A DNA stretch of 64,000 nucleotides from an uncultured virus (IMG/VR IMGVR_UViG_3300033075_000331) (IMGVR_UViG_3300033075_000331); one strand, 5' to 3'; positions 10,344 to 21,299 are shown, numbered from the stretch's first letter. Translations and numbers: made by a program. Notes: generated from the letters alone by a model not told the origin.

Positions 10344-12515
10344 TTACAAATTGACCATATAGAAGCCAAACGGACCAAATGCAATATAGTTCGCAATGAC
10401 TTGTCGCGAATCTGTATATGTTCCACTTGATCCGGATTCTTGAATAGACAATCTACCACGTAACGTCAGCGTACCACTTTCAAACAACATATAAGATGGA
10501 TTTGGCAAATTGGTATCTTCACCGACGCGCATTGCCCCACTATATTGCCCCGTCATCCAAATACCAGTTCCATTGTATAAACTGGTCGCATTTCCCAACG
10601 AGATATTTCCACTATTCAACGATGATAGTGCGAACCCCGATGATGAAAACGACATGGATGTGGTGCGAATAATCAATCCATTTCCGGGTGTTAATTGAAT
10701 GAAATCTGATCCTGATACGTCAGATCCAACGCGGAAATTTCCTTGACCATCTGCATAAAATCCAGAACCTGTCATAACCGTGATAGCCGATCCCATTGGA
10801 CCCGCACTCGTCGATCCTTGAATGTTCAAACTTCCTTGGAGAATGTTATCACCACCTTTGATGACCATATTCCCACCATTGAACAGAACCGGATCAGATT
10901 CAATATCTACAGGTAATCTATTGCTGTTGTAATCAAACAATTCAGACTTGAATTTCAATCGTTCAAATCGACGACCCTGTACAGGTAGTAAAATACGCAC
11001 ACTATCTGGATTGTAACCAAACGTGTTTGCATACACCAATTTTACATCAGATACAAACCATTGCCCACCCGTTACCACAAATCGCAAATATGCACTTCCA
11101 CTATTCGTGCTAACGAAATTGATTGTGTCGTCGAGCACATATGAACGCGTTGACGCAGACGCTACCGAAATTTCTCGCACTAACGTTCCATACGGTGACA
11201 ACGATGATGATGGGAATGCAGACCCGTACAAATAGACTTGTAGTTTTCCTTCAAACCCCGACGACGATTTAAAGCACAAATAATTGGCCTGTAAAGAATA
11301 CTCTACATTTTGATCAAACTGTAATGGAGCACGCAATCCAAAGAATAGAGGGGTGCTGGTAGACCCAGTGGCTAAGCTTGGTGTACTGATATACAGCGAA
11401 TCCATTAGTTGTGACGAATCGGTGGCAAGAATCACAGATGCGGTTGGAATGTATGAATTTCCATTGACGTATCCACCTTCCCAATGTGAGGAAACAATAG
11501 AAGTGTCAGAAAAATCTCCCAACGGTGTAATAGGATTGGCCGTCGCAACAGAAGACGTCGTAGTAAGTTCCGTGGCGTCGATTGTGATATCTGCCAAGAA
11601 TTGATAGTCTCCCGGCTCATCCAAACTTTTTGCATACATCTTGGCGCGCTGCACATCCCCTGTAAAAGTGGTCAATCGATCAATACGGACGTCTGCGAAC
11701 GAGCGTGTAAGGGAGGACGTGATGAAACTATCAGCGACTCGATATTTGATAGAAAAATTTGTCGGAATAAACGTATTTGACAGTGTAGCACTTGATGTAA
11801 ACGGAGGATTGATTTTAGCATACCGAGTATTGACTACAGAGTCGATAGTGCCAGAATAAGGTGTTCCGTTCGTTGTAAAGGCTACTGTGGCGCCCACCAT
11901 ATCTCGATTGAATATGAATCCGGATGGAATCAATGTAGTGCTGGGCGATGACACATTAGCTAGAGTGGTGACACCAGTGATCGACCCGGTATTGTGTACT
12001 TGAATTGATCCCGTAATCACATCGCGATATGGGACCAATTGTTCTGTTACGCTGATAATTGGGCGACGATAAAGGCGGATGGGCGAGACATTAGGCTTAG
12101 CGGGATCGATAAGGACCGACCGCTGCCATTTGACATTATACGAATTATGAAATTTGGAAGGTGGAATATTTCCATTTTCATCCTGACGCAATTGACCAAG
12201 AACAGTAATGGTGGCCAATCCGGGGGCAGTATCATCATAGACTTCGATGGACACTATACGAGACAGCCCGTCGATATAACGTGGAATAGGCTGACTGAAT
12301 ACAAGTTGACCTGCCGAATCGACCAATTCTACCAAAACTTCGGTGTTTGGCATCAATTCGTCCGATCCGTTGATCAAAAACGAGTTTTTACCCGCCGTCA
12401 GAATTTCCGGAAACTGTGTAAGCTTGAAATACCGTGACGCCGGATCGGTGTCCGTGATCCACACTTGGTATTTGGCGAGATTTCGTACTTGCGAGTATTT
12501 ATGAAGTTTTGACAT
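10344..12515 (-). CDS. Tail/baseplate structural protein
   Basis: 723 aa, Ser/Thr/Gly-rich and beta-rich, in the structural module. Confidence 0.65.
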   Translation of the reverse strand: MSKLHKYSQVRNLAKYQVWITDTDPASRYFKLTQFPEILTAGKNSFLINGSDELMPNTEVLVELVDSAGQLVFSQPIPRYIDGLSRIVSIEVYDDTAPGLATITVLGQLRQDENGNIPPSKFHNSYNVKWQRSVLIDPAKPNVSPIRLYRRPIISVTEQLVPYRDVITGSIQVHNTGSITGVTTLANVSSPSTTLIPSGFIFNRDMVGATVAFTTNGTPYSGTIDSVVNTRYAKINPPFTSSATLSNTFIPTNFSIKYRVADSFITSSLTRSFADVRIDRLTTFTGDVQRAKMYAKSLDEPGDYQFLADITIDATELTTTSSVATANPITPLGDFSDTSIVSSHWEGGYVNGNSYIPTASVILATDSSQLMDSLYISTPSLATGSTSTPLFFGLRAPLQFDQNVEYSLQANYLCFKSSSGFEGKLQVYLYGSAFPSSSLSPYGTLVREISVASASTRSYVLDDTINFVSTNSGSAYLRFVVTGGQWFVSDVKLVYANTFGYNPDSVRILLPVQGRRFERLKFKSELFDYNSNRLPVDIESDPVLFNGGNMVIKGGDNILQGSLNIQGSTSAGPMGSAITVMTGSGFYADGQGNFRVGSDVSGSDFIQLTPGNGLIIRTTSMSFSSSGFALSSLNSGNISLGNATSLYNGTGIWMTGQYSGAMRVGEDTNLPNPSYMLFESGTLTLRGRLSIQESGSSGTYTDSRQVIANYIAFGPFGFYMVNL

Positions 12516-12521
12516 ATTGCT

Positions 12522-13241
12522 CTAATTACGGTGTCCACTATAATTAGATAACTCGGCAATATAGTTCAATATACCCCAATTTCCCCGCGAAGCGGTTCTG
12601 ACTCTGTGACAGTTACAGCATACGATTTCGCACTTTGTTATTTCCTCCTTTACTCGATCTAAAGAGTAGCCGTTTCTCACCAAAGCCGAGACATTTTTGA
12701 ATTTTTCGCCCCGAACATGATCAAATTCCAATCTATCTACATCCGATGTCCCACAATCCACACACACACTGGAACTCAGTAACACCGAAATAAATTCTAC
12801 ATTTCGTAAATTTTTGCCAGAGTTGCCATATTTGGACCATTCTCTAGTCCTGTGACACCCAATACACCGCACATCACATTTTGCAATTTCTGATATGATG
12901 GCATTGATTGAAGCGTGTTTTCGTATTAAGAATGACACCCATTCTTTTTTATCAAATCGGTGATCAAATTCAAGAAACAAAATATTCGATTCACCACAAT
13001 CAACGCAAGGATGTTGAGATAAATAATCCCACACATACATTTGTAGTTTATGCTTATATTTCTTTGTAGCTACTCTACTATTAGCTTTTTTGTGAAGAGC
13101 CCCCATTTTTGGTCGAGTAGAAAACGCACATTGATAGCAACGTGTATTCTTTTTTTCGGCAGCTACCAAACATTGTTTACTTTTATATGTGAGCAGTTTC
13201 GTACATGTAGGACATGATCTTGTATACATAAATTTCCTCAC
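12522..13241 (-). CDS. Homing endonuclease with two tandem HNH-like domains
   Basis: Two copies of CVDCG...LEFDH...EIxKCxxxCxxCH; lower GC than neighbours; start occluded by a hairpin. Confidence 0.85.
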   Translation of the reverse strand: MRKFMYTRSCPTCTKLLTYKSKQCLVAAEKKNTRCYQCAFSTRPKMGALHKKANSRVATKKYKHKLQMYVWDYLSQHPCVDCGESNILFLEFDHRFDKKEWVSFLIRKHASINAIISEIAKCDVRCIGCHRTREWSKYGNSGKNLRNVEFISVLLSSSVCVDCGTSDVDRLEFDHVRGEKFKNVSALVRNGYSLDRVKEEITKCEIVCCNCHRVRTASRGNWGILNYIAELSNYSGHRN

Positions 13242-13298
13242 GATAGTACATATCAGTAAATATGTACTATCGTGAGGAAATTTACAATTTTATGGATA

Positions 13299-15863
13299 TT
13301 AGTGATTTATGTAGCTATATCCATCGACTCGTTTTATGTCAATGCGACTATCCACCAAATCTCGTAGCAAGTCTAAATGACTGATGACTATGATAAACTG
13401 AAATTGAGTTTTCAGAAAGTCGAACAACATCTGTAGTGAACCTAATTTTTCAGCATCAAGAACACCAAAACCTTCATCCGCGATCAAGAAATTGCTCTTG
13501 GGCAACGCACACACGTTCATAAGCGCCACGCGAATTGCCAACCCCGAGACGAACTTTTCCATACCAGACGCCAATTCCAGTGCCCAATTGCGATTCTGAT
13601 CGTAGATAATTTTTCCGTTCACATTTTTACCATCCAATTCAAGTGACACCGAGAAATCTACCATCTGCGAGAGAATCTGGTTGACGGCTTGTTGAATTGT
13701 TGGCATGACGTCAGAAATGAGTTTGTACGGAATACCGTCCCGACATACCGCTGCCAAATAATACTCGTATGCCTTGTAGGTGGTTTCCAGTTCCTTCACA
13801 TCGTCCATCTTTTTCAAGAGTGCTTTTTTCTCTGCCATCTTGAGCTTTGTCGCAACTGCTGTATCTTGCGACTTGAGTTTCCATCTGTTCAACGTAGACT
13901 TGAGCGTGGTAAGCGTGGAATTCAACGTAGCGATTTCTGTTCGTATTGCGAGGTTCTGTACAATCTTGTCCTGTTCCTCATAATACTTTTCGATGGTTCT
14001 CTTGTGCAGTTCGATAGTATCCAGCAATGCTTGATATTCTTTCTGCTGTGCGGTTCGTGTCTTTTCCATCTGTGCCAAATCTTTGTTTCGATCATTGATC
14101 CACTGGATGCCGAGCATTTTCTTGTTATATCGCGCTTCGACGTCTCCAAGTGCAGCCAATTTGTCAGACAAGACATGCAATTCAACAGTTGCCACGTGAA
14201 CTGCATCAGTATACTCCGTAATTTGATTGGCCAAGTTTTGTTGTTGGCTTATTGTCTGTGCCCCGTTTTTTAAACACATGGCGCATGATGGATCATATTC
14301 ATACTTTGCCAACTTTGCGGCATTCTTCTTCACTGTGTCAAGCATCAACTCATTTCGTTTCACGGTCTCTTCGGCACTCCTCACATCAGCCGATGCCGAC
14401 TTGAACGCTAGATATTCCTGCTCTATAGTGGCATACTCTGTGTTCAGTTTTTCATTACCACGAGCGATCTTATCTCGCAACTCGTCCATCTGCGTTTCAC
14501 TGACCGTGAATACAAACGCGTCTCGCTTGGCTTCTGCGTTTCTATATTGCAACTCGATAGAAGTCACATCAACAATCGTTGATGACGTGGGATGGATTTG
14601 TTCCAACTTCTCTTTGACCTTGGTATCGTACTCCGCAATCTCAGCCGTCACAATCGCCACTTCTTTTTCACTCATATCATATTCAGACGACAGCGTGTCG
14701 ATAGCAGCTTGCACGTCAATAAGCGTCTGTGAGAACGAATCATCTTTCTTGAATTGCTTAATGGCTCCTGCGATTTCCTTCGATTCACTGAGTGCTAATG
14801 TTTCCAGCTTATCAAAGATGGTCAGACCCATGAATTGTGAAAGCAAGTCCTTACGGTCGCTCTGCCCACGATCAATAAAGAGCGCGTTTTGTCCCTGTGC
14901 CGAAAGAGCCGTGAGAATGAAATCTTCAAAGTCACCGACATATGCACGGATGTTTTGATTTGTGTATCGACGTTCTTCTCCATTCAGTGATGTTTTGGTG
15001 CCGTCTGCATTGATGCGATAGAAATCCACATCAATTTTGACTTCACTTTTCTTGTTCTTACTGCCCTTGCGCTCAATGACGTATTCCAGATCATTCAACT
15101 TGAATACAAACTTCACGTAACACTTGTCCTTACGAGTATTCATGATGTTCGTTGCCTTTGTGGTGCGTGGCGTTCTATCGTACAACGCAAAGCAAATGGC
15201 ATCAGGAATTGAGGACTTCCCATAGGCGTTTGGTGCAAAGAGACCAACCGTACCGTTCAATGTGGTAAAGTCAATGAAGTTAGATTCTCCGTATGTAAAC
15301 AAATTATCAAACGCCAACGAAACGGGTTCCCATTGCACCAGCTTCGTTAATAGATCGGTATCTACCTCACCATTCAACTTGGCATTCAACTTCAAGACTT
15401 TTTCCAGAATATCGCTTGCAATGTTTGGATCGGTGGACAAAATATACTCTGTCAGGAGAGAATTTTGGTAATCCACATCATGGACGTCTCCCACAATGTC
15501 AGTTGAAATGGACCCCTTGTTCTTCAACGGAGACGTGTAATTACTGACGCTCAATTCCTGCACGTCTTTGGTCTTTCGTAGAAGCGTGACGAATTTTTTG
15601 ACGTCTACCTCGTCAGTGTCTCCCGCAAACAAACGTAGACGCACTTTATTTGGCATCTTGGACATGTCCGTAGGTGTGCCATTTTTGAGTTCGACGGTGA
15701 AGTAGCCATATTCATTTGGTAAATCCACATATTCAAATGAGCGAGATTTCACATTCCACTTACACCACCCGTGACCATCAATGGCTTCACCGTGGTTTTG
15801 TTGGATAAGGCTCGAACAATAAACCATATGAGGTTTGATGCGTTTTATTCTGATTTTGGCCAT
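13299..15863 (-). CDS. sbcC: SbcC/Rad50 (gp46-like) ATPase carrying the C-terminal part of SbcD/Mre11 at its N-terminus
   Basis: APNAYGKSS Walker A, CAMC zinc hook, ASGMEK signature, IADEGFG, ISH; N-terminal YCSSLIQQNHGE is the SbcD post-motif-V segment. Confidence 0.92.
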   Translation of the reverse strand: MAKIRIKRIKPHMVYCSSLIQQNHGEAIDGHGWCKWNVKSRSFEYVDLPNEYGYFTVELKNGTPTDMSKMPNKVRLRLFAGDTDEVDVKKFVTLLRKTKDVQELSVSNYTSPLKNKGSISTDIVGDVHDVDYQNSLLTEYILSTDPNIASDILEKVLKLNAKLNGEVDTDLLTKLVQWEPVSLAFDNLFTYGESNFIDFTTLNGTVGLFAPNAYGKSSIPDAICFALYDRTPRTTKATNIMNTRKDKCYVKFVFKLNDLEYVIERKGSKNKKSEVKIDVDFYRINADGTKTSLNGEERRYTNQNIRAYVGDFEDFILTALSAQGQNALFIDRGQSDRKDLLSQFMGLTIFDKLETLALSESKEIAGAIKQFKKDDSFSQTLIDVQAAIDTLSSEYDMSEKEVAIVTAEIAEYDTKVKEKLEQIHPTSSTIVDVTSIELQYRNAEAKRDAFVFTVSETQMDELRDKIARGNEKLNTEYATIEQEYLAFKSASADVRSAEETVKRNELMLDTVKKNAAKLAKYEYDPSCAMCLKNGAQTISQQQNLANQITEYTDAVHVATVELHVLSDKLAALGDVEARYNKKMLGIQWINDRNKDLAQMEKTRTAQQKEYQALLDTIELHKRTIEKYYEEQDKIVQNLAIRTEIATLNSTLTTLKSTLNRWKLKSQDTAVATKLKMAEKKALLKKMDDVKELETTYKAYEYYLAAVCRDGIPYKLISDVMPTIQQAVNQILSQMVDFSVSLELDGKNVNGKIIYDQNRNWALELASGMEKFVSGLAIRVALMNVCALPKSNFLIADEGFGVLDAEKLGSLQMLFDFLKTQFQFIIVISHLDLLRDLVDSRIDIKRVDGYSYINH

Positions 15864-16468
15864 ATAGATTTTAGATTGTTTATTAGCAGTTGTAATTCAT
15901 CAATAGTTGCATCTTGTTTTATCGTGTTTGCTCTAAAAGAAATAACGTGTACGTTTCCTTTAATATATCCAAGGCTAGAATCTATTCTATCTAATGAAGG
16001 GGAGTTTGAACAATGTGAACCGTTTCCATTAAAGAGTTCTATCTCTAGTAGTGGGCACTTATTTGGAATGATTATATCATCCAACGTCAAATTGAATTCT
16101 ACTCCCATTTTTTTGGACCGTCGCTTAGCACTATTAAGCATAATGCGACGACGCCGATTGTTTAATTGTTCAGCAGATGGTGTCTTACCAAACAATGGAT
16201 TGCCATCACCAGAATATAAAAAACTTTGATGAATATCTTTACATTTTCGAGAACAGTATCGTTTGTGTGGATGAATTTTTGTATCAGATTTCTGTATCCA
16301 AAATTCGACACCACATTGTTCACACTTTAAAGCCACGCGATTCCCCAATGCAATTTCTCTCAACCGATATGACTCGGTTTGACAAGCTTGTGAACAATAT
16401 ACTTTATTTCTAGTCAATATTCCACATTTATGACAAGCAATTTCTTCGCCTAGTTTTCGTCTGGACAT
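15845..16468 (-). CDS. Homing endonuclease (HNH/Endo VII-like) inserted in sbcD
   Basis: Zn-finger repeats and SPSLDRIDSSLGYIKGNV; AT-rich; overlaps the downstream start. Confidence 0.85.
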   Translation of the reverse strand: MSRRKLGEEIACHKCGILTRNKVYCSQACQTESYRLREIALGNRVALKCEQCGVEFWIQKSDTKIHPHKRYCSRKCKDIHQSFLYSGDGNPLFGKTPSAEQLNNRRRRIMLNSAKRRSKKMGVEFNLTLDDIIIPNKCPLLEIELFNGNGSHCSNSPSLDRIDSSLGYIKGNVHVISFRANTIKQDATIDELQLLINNLKSIWPKSE

Positions 16469-16520
16469 TAGATTCTCCGTGGTTTATGCATCTATACATA
16501 TCCAGAACCACGCCGAAACT

Positions 16521-17213
16521 TTAAATCTGTACCCACCCCTTCTTCAAATAATCTTGCAATTCAGATTCATCTATTTCTAATTCTTCCTCGTCATATTCTT
16601 GCAATACTTGGAAACGGTGAATGTCTCCCAACAATACCATGTCGTAACCGTCAAAGTGTTCTGTCATGACGTGGCGACTAGTCACCACATACCCAACGTC
16701 CGTTTTTGCGTTATAGATAGGACCATGGAATAAAGCAATCTTCGTGTCACTTGTACAATCTGTTGCAGATGGCCATTCCGTTCGGTCCCCAATAATGGAG
16801 CATACCGCAAAATCTACGTTGGCAACTGTATACACGCCACTTTCACGAAAATAGTGTAGTTGAGGATGGTCTATGTTTTTGATGATGGGAGTGAGTGCAT
16901 CCATACGACTCACATTTGCCATGTTCATGTCATGGTTTCCTGCAATGATGATCGTCGGGCGAATGTTAGCCAATGTACGCAAAAAATCCGACGTGAGTGA
17001 GACTAGTTCTGGACTCATGTCGGTCTTCGTATGTACAATATCTCCCGCCACCACAATGACCGAGTTTTTCGGAAGCTGGACTAGTTGTTTACGTAGCGTT
17101 TCAAATGCTTCAACATATTCTTCATATCGATTGTACAATCGAATGTGAATGTCTGCTAAATGGGCAATAACATCAACTTGCTTGAAAGGAAGAGTAACCG
17201 TTTGTCTGTTCAT
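16521..17213 (-). CDS. sbcD: SbcD/Mre11 nuclease, N-terminal fragment
   Basis: ADIH, AGDIVH, GNHD, LFHG, LGDIH metallophosphoesterase motifs. Confidence 0.9.
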   Translation of the reverse strand: MNRQTVTLPFKQVDVIAHLADIHIRLYNRYEEYVEAFETLRKQLVQLPKNSVIVVAGDIVHTKTDMSPELVSLTSDFLRTLANIRPTIIIAGNHDMNMANVSRMDALTPIIKNIDHPQLHYFRESGVYTVANVDFAVCSIIGDRTEWPSATDCTSDTKIALFHGPIYNAKTDVGYVVTSRHVMTEHFDGYDMVLLGDIHRFQVLQEYDEEELEIDESELQDYLKKGWVQI

Positions 17214-18106
17214 GATAAAGATAGTTTGAGTTTGATAAGATCACCGAAGGTCAATGGTTGTGCGTCACGAATTAACTGTTGCATGTGCACGAACCCAATG
17301 TCCGATGGGTCTTTACCGTCGAGCTTTACTACATACACCGTGCGACCTTCATTCATGAATTTTTCCGCATGACGAAGAGTGTACCGCATCGCATCGCTGT
17401 CTAGTGCCAAATAGATGTGCTGAATGTTCTCAGATGCGATTTTTTCACGCAATTTCTTAGAAATGGTTTTGCCTAAGAGGGGGATAGCATTTCGTCTAAC
17501 CGCCATAGCATCAAATACTCCTTCTACAAGAACAATGGGATATCGCCAATCAATGTGGTTTTCAAACGCAATGACATTTTTGCTAATGGGAGGATTTGTA
17601 TACGACCGCATATCATGACGAACAGATCGCGCTACAAAGTAATTCAATTTTTGGTTCGCGTCATAGCTAGGAACAATGATACGTTGAAAATATATGCCCT
17701 TTGAGCAATATCCTAGATTGTATCGTTCGATCACATCCTTGGTTATACCACGGCTGTTGAGATATTCCATTGCAGTAGACCCCGGTTTGATTTGTTCATA
17801 TTCATCAGGCAATGACAAATCTGGTGGGGTCGTATCGACTGTGGTGGCGATTGGAATTTCGTCTTCCAATAATCTAGCCAGCTTATTTCGCACATCTTGT
17901 GGTACATCAAGACGTCGTACAAGAGACAAAATGGATCGTCCCGACGCATTACATTTCCAACAATGCCAGCGGCGATTCCCCATATTGACCGCTAACTTTG
18001 GCTTGTAATGATGACAAAACGGGCAAAAGTAGTAGTGCTCATTTCGCCCGAATTCCTTATGGTGTCCCAGCAAAGAGTCTAATATAGAAACGATTTCGTA
18101 GTGCAT
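17210..18106 (-). CDS. DNA primase (Zn-finger + TOPRIM)
   Basis: CPFC...HCWKC, LVEGVFDA, ALDSDA, KDP. Confidence 0.92.
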   Translation of the reverse strand: MHYEIVSILDSLLGHHKEFGRNEHYYFCPFCHHYKPKLAVNMGNRRWHCWKCNASGRSILSLVRRLDVPQDVRNKLARLLEDEIPIATTVDTTPPDLSLPDEYEQIKPGSTAMEYLNSRGITKDVIERYNLGYCSKGIYFQRIIVPSYDANQKLNYFVARSVRHDMRSYTNPPISKNVIAFENHIDWRYPIVLVEGVFDAMAVRRNAIPLLGKTISKKLREKIASENIQHIYLALDSDAMRYTLRHAEKFMNEGRTVYVVKLDGKDPSDIGFVHMQQLIRDAQPLTFGDLIKLKLSLS

Positions 18107-18261
18107 ACCTCAGTAATTACAATATGGACAATCCTCGTGCTGACATTTATCGCGCTTGGTTAATAGCGTTTCCAACTCATCTATACGGCGTTCTAAGAAA
18201 CTCATACGCACCGTGCTAAATACGCCTAGTAATATGAGGAGCGTGAGGATGAATACCATGT

Positions 18262-18717
18262 CTACACCTTACAGTTGGTAAAGGCTACACTGTCATGACC
18301 TGCGATACCATTGTGGTATAACACAAAATGTAACATTTCATGTTTGATAACTCGTTCGGTCAACACATGGTGCAATACCACGGTAATTGTGTTGTGCCAA
18401 GGAGAGGTGATCCCCACGAATCGCGCCTTGGGGTCTCCCTCTCGTACGACGAACGCATCGGCCATAACGTAACGCCACGTGACGCGATTGTACTGTGCGC
18501 GTGAAACATAGCGTTTAGCGCATCGTTGTGTTTCGATCCACCACTTTGAGTAAATCGTTGGAGGATTGTATGGATTCATACTACGAAGTTGCAACGAAAT
18601 TGTGTCGATAACCGGAGGCAATTCTTCCTGTGCCGAAAGTTTTGGGGCACATAATAGCAACAAGCACAAATAGAGTATCTTCATGTTAATTCCGGTTATA
18701 TCGTCCGACGAAACCAC
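18262..18717 (-). CDS. Putative secreted zincin-like metallopeptidase
   Basis: Signal-like MKILYLCLLLL, HEMLH (HExxH) followed by GH. Confidence 0.55.
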   Translation of the reverse strand: MVSSDDITGINMKILYLCLLLLCAPKLSAQEELPPVIDTISLQLRSMNPYNPPTIYSKWWIETQRCAKRYVSRAQYNRVTWRYVMADAFVVREGDPKARFVGITSPWHNTITVVLHHVLTERVIKHEMLHFVLYHNGIAGHDSVAFTNCKV

Positions 18718-19297
18718 GCTTCAATCGCGCCAACACAGCTTTTCCACCATCTTCCCATGTACGAACCATTGCCAACAAACTAATATATTCCTGTTCCGTC
18801 ATCGATCCCTTTGCCGTGTTACATGCCTTACATGCTGCACGTAAATTGGTAATGGCATTTTCACCGTTTCGTGATACTGGCTGGGCGTGATCCACACTCA
18901 ACGTTTTTTCAGTAAGAGGAACTTGGCAGTAATGACAAAACTTGGGCACAGTCACCAGCCACTGTCGAATATCTGACGATGTGATGGCAGCACAAGTACC
19001 ATTCTCAATTTCTTCCTTGTATCGAGCCCGGAAACCGCCCGCCAACGATTGTGCTTTCCATGATAACCAATCATTATGTTTCGCCCGAGACGCCACACGT
19101 CCCTTTTTGGACTTGATACCATGCGTCCAGAATTTAATCAGTCCTACGGGGACGCCAGTCATAGTTGAAATTTTCTTGGGCGTCTTACCTTCCGAACGTA
19201 ATTGAATCACATGGTTCTTCTGTTCCGTAGTCCACTTTATGTCGCTCATCGAGAAATCAAAATCCATAGCACCCATCCGCAAAATCATACATATCAC
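18686..19297 (-). CDS. HNH endonuclease
   Basis: CHYC...VDHAQPVSRNG...NLRAACKACNTAK. Confidence 0.88.
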   Translation of the reverse strand: MICMILRMGAMDFDFSMSDIKWTTEQKNHVIQLRSEGKTPKKISTMTGVPVGLIKFWTHGIKSKKGRVASRAKHNDWLSWKAQSLAGGFRARYKEEIENGTCAAITSSDIRQWLVTVPKFCHYCQVPLTEKTLSVDHAQPVSRNGENAITNLRAACKACNTAKGSMTEQEYISLLAMVRTWEDGGKAVLARLKRGFVGRYNRN

Positions 19298-19349
19298 AAA
19301 AAACGCTAAGCCGAGTGGCCTAGCGTTTATTCTGTCCGGAATCTAGCGT

Positions 19350-19661
19350 TTATTGTGTTGGAGCGCCGGGATCGTAGTATTTCTTCTTGGACGTCCAACG
19401 ATTCAGGTTAATACCCGTTTCGGTAGGTTGGAATCCATCGGGAATAACAATGGTAGACAATTCATCATCATAGTGTTCCAATGCATTTGGAGTATATGTC
19501 GTTGGATCACCCTTCACCATAAACGTCTTAAACTGAGTCTGAAATTCGCTATTTTGGTCAATGAAGTTTACGGCAAGCGCAGGAATTTGACGAGCTTGTA
19601 CGACGCGCAACTTGCTAGACTCATTGTATCTCTTTACCATATCTGACATATATCTCTCCAA
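19350..19661 (-). CDS. Hypothetical protein
   Basis: ORF at the end of the tail operon, followed by a hairpin and T-run at about 19298-19329. Confidence 0.6.
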   Translation of the reverse strand: MERYMSDMVKRYNESSKLRVVQARQIPALAVNFIDQNSEFQTQFKTFMVKGDPTTYTPNALEHYDDELSTIVIPDGFQPTETGINLNRWTSKKKYYDPGAPTQ

Positions 19662-19663
19662 AA

Positions 19664-20467
19664 TTACGCGTCAAAGCGTATAATGATGCTCTGTTGACTT
19701 TCTGCAACTCTCTTAATTGGGCGAGGGAACTTGCCGATGACCAACAATTCGCCCAAATCATTGTATCCCCCAACGTGCGTCATATACGGCGATAAACTGC
19801 CACTCAGCACATCGTTGAACAACCGACCACCCCCACTCCCCGTCTTCTGCATCGATGGATTGGTGGAGTAATTAAACTCGTTTTGTTCCATCGTACAAAT
19901 GATCTGATGTTCATAAATAGTATGCGTAGCATCAAATGATACCTCTATTTGTGAACCAGTTGTTAGATATATCCCGTCTTGAGCGATAGTTGCGCTACCC
20001 GTCGATTGCTGTAAGATGATGATTCCCAACGAGTAAAAGATGTTTCCAATGACGCTCGATGTGTTTGCCGAGTTGACAATTTGACCGCGTCCATCATCTT
20101 GTAAGGTAGCGGTGGTGGATGGACTTTCTAAAATCACAGAATTGGGTCGTAATTCTTCACCATATGCGGGTTGTGCCACGCTAATGACGTAAAATTCCGA
20201 ACCCGTTGGATAAAATGCACTGTTTTTCCAATAGCGATCTGAGCGATAGAATGTAGACTGTACTGTCGCATATAGATTTCGCTTATACAGGCCATCTGCA
20301 TTTGTTTGATCGGTGGAATTCCACGTCCACGAAGCAGGAGGCTCAGATGCAATATCGATTTGTATGACGTTCGGGTTTGACCCACCCAAAAACGCATAAG
20401 AGTATGTTTGGCTCTTATGCGTTTTAAAGGGACGGATCACATAGTTTTCCGGCGATACTGCTTTCAT
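19664..20467 (-). CDS. Virion tail/baseplate protein (paralog of 21368-22414)
   Basis: Shares FNYSxNPS and GxYNDxxExLxxxK C-terminal motifs with 21368-22414. Confidence 0.7.
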   Translation of the reverse strand: MKAVSPENYVIRPFKTHKSQTYSYAFLGGSNPNVIQIDIASEPPASWTWNSTDQTNADGLYKRNLYATVQSTFYRSDRYWKNSAFYPTGSEFYVISVAQPAYGEELRPNSVILESPSTTATLQDDGRGQIVNSANTSSVIGNIFYSLGIIILQQSTGSATIAQDGIYLTTGSQIEVSFDATHTIYEHQIICTMEQNEFNYSTNPSMQKTGSGGGRLFNDVLSGSLSPYMTHVGGYNDLGELLVIGKFPRPIKRVAESQQSIIIRFDA

Positions 20468-21299
20468 TCAATGCCTCGTGTATTCTGTCTAGTAATACGG
20501 ACGGTGCGGATGCAATTTCACTCTCCCACACTCTCACCACGCGATAACCACGTGAGTTTGCAACTTGAGTTTTTATCTCGTCATTGTGTTTGATCTTCTC
20601 AACATCAAAAAAATATCTTGATACGCCGGGACCACCATGCCAATAATCACCATCCGCCTCTACTATAATAGGTAGTCCTTTTAGCTTAAAATCATAGGAA
20701 TATGATTTCCCATCGACTGTGATGAAAAACTGATGTGTAAAATCGTACCCGTGACGCATCAACAACTCACTTACCGCAACTTCTAAACTACTACCAACCC
20801 GATCTTTACAAATTTTGGCAATCGACTCTGGTGTGTGAGTTTTACCTTTCATTGGGTTGACGTAATTTGGATCGTTTACACGGGTATGTGCAATTGTTTC
20901 TAGAAGGTGTATAGTTTCTTTTTTATGTTTACGCCCCGCCCAAGAATGACCATTTTTTGCAATTCTGTTCTTGTTAGTGTTTGATATTTTTTCTTTGGTT
21001 TCAGCCGCCAACACCTTCCCTTTTCTTGGATGTTTCACTATACCACTTTCCCACAGCGTTTCCCTATGTTTCACCATACACTCTCTAGAGCACGTTGCGT
21101 ACTTCTTTTTAGAACTAGGAAAATTTCTAGCCAGTTTAGCATGACACTCATCACACCATTTCCACCCATACTTCTCAAATTCACTCATGTGTTGTTTTAC
21201 ATAATCAACAAACTTGATCGAATGTTTTTTTGAAAGATGAGTGGAAAATCCTTTGACACCAACATTATCATTACATATCGTACACTTAATTGACGACAT
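20424..21299 (-). CDS. Homing endonuclease, NUMOD3 + Vsr/DUF559-like PD-(D/E)xK domain
   Basis: KGKTHTPES repeats; YDF...IIVEADGDYWHG...GYRVVRVWESE. Confidence 0.88.
   Translation of the reverse strand: MSSIKCTICNDNVGVKGFSTHLSKKHSIKFVDYVKQHMSEFEKYGWKWCDECHAKLARNFPSSKKKYATCSRECMVKHRETLWESGIVKHPRKGKVLAAETKEKISNTNKNRIAKNGHSWAGRKHKKETIHLLETIAHTRVNDPNYVNPMKGKTHTPESIAKICKDRVGSSLEVAVSELLMRHGYDFTHQFFITVDGKSYSYDFKLKGLPIIVEADGDYWHGGPGVSRYFFDVEKIKHNDEIKTQVANSRGYRVVRVWESEIASAPSVLLDRIHEALNESSIAGKLCDPSL

Noticed and set aside
15845..16520. Group I intron or split intein interrupting sbcD
   Set aside because: No P7 core visible, almost no flanking non-coding space, and no Cys/Ser...His-Asn intein termini.
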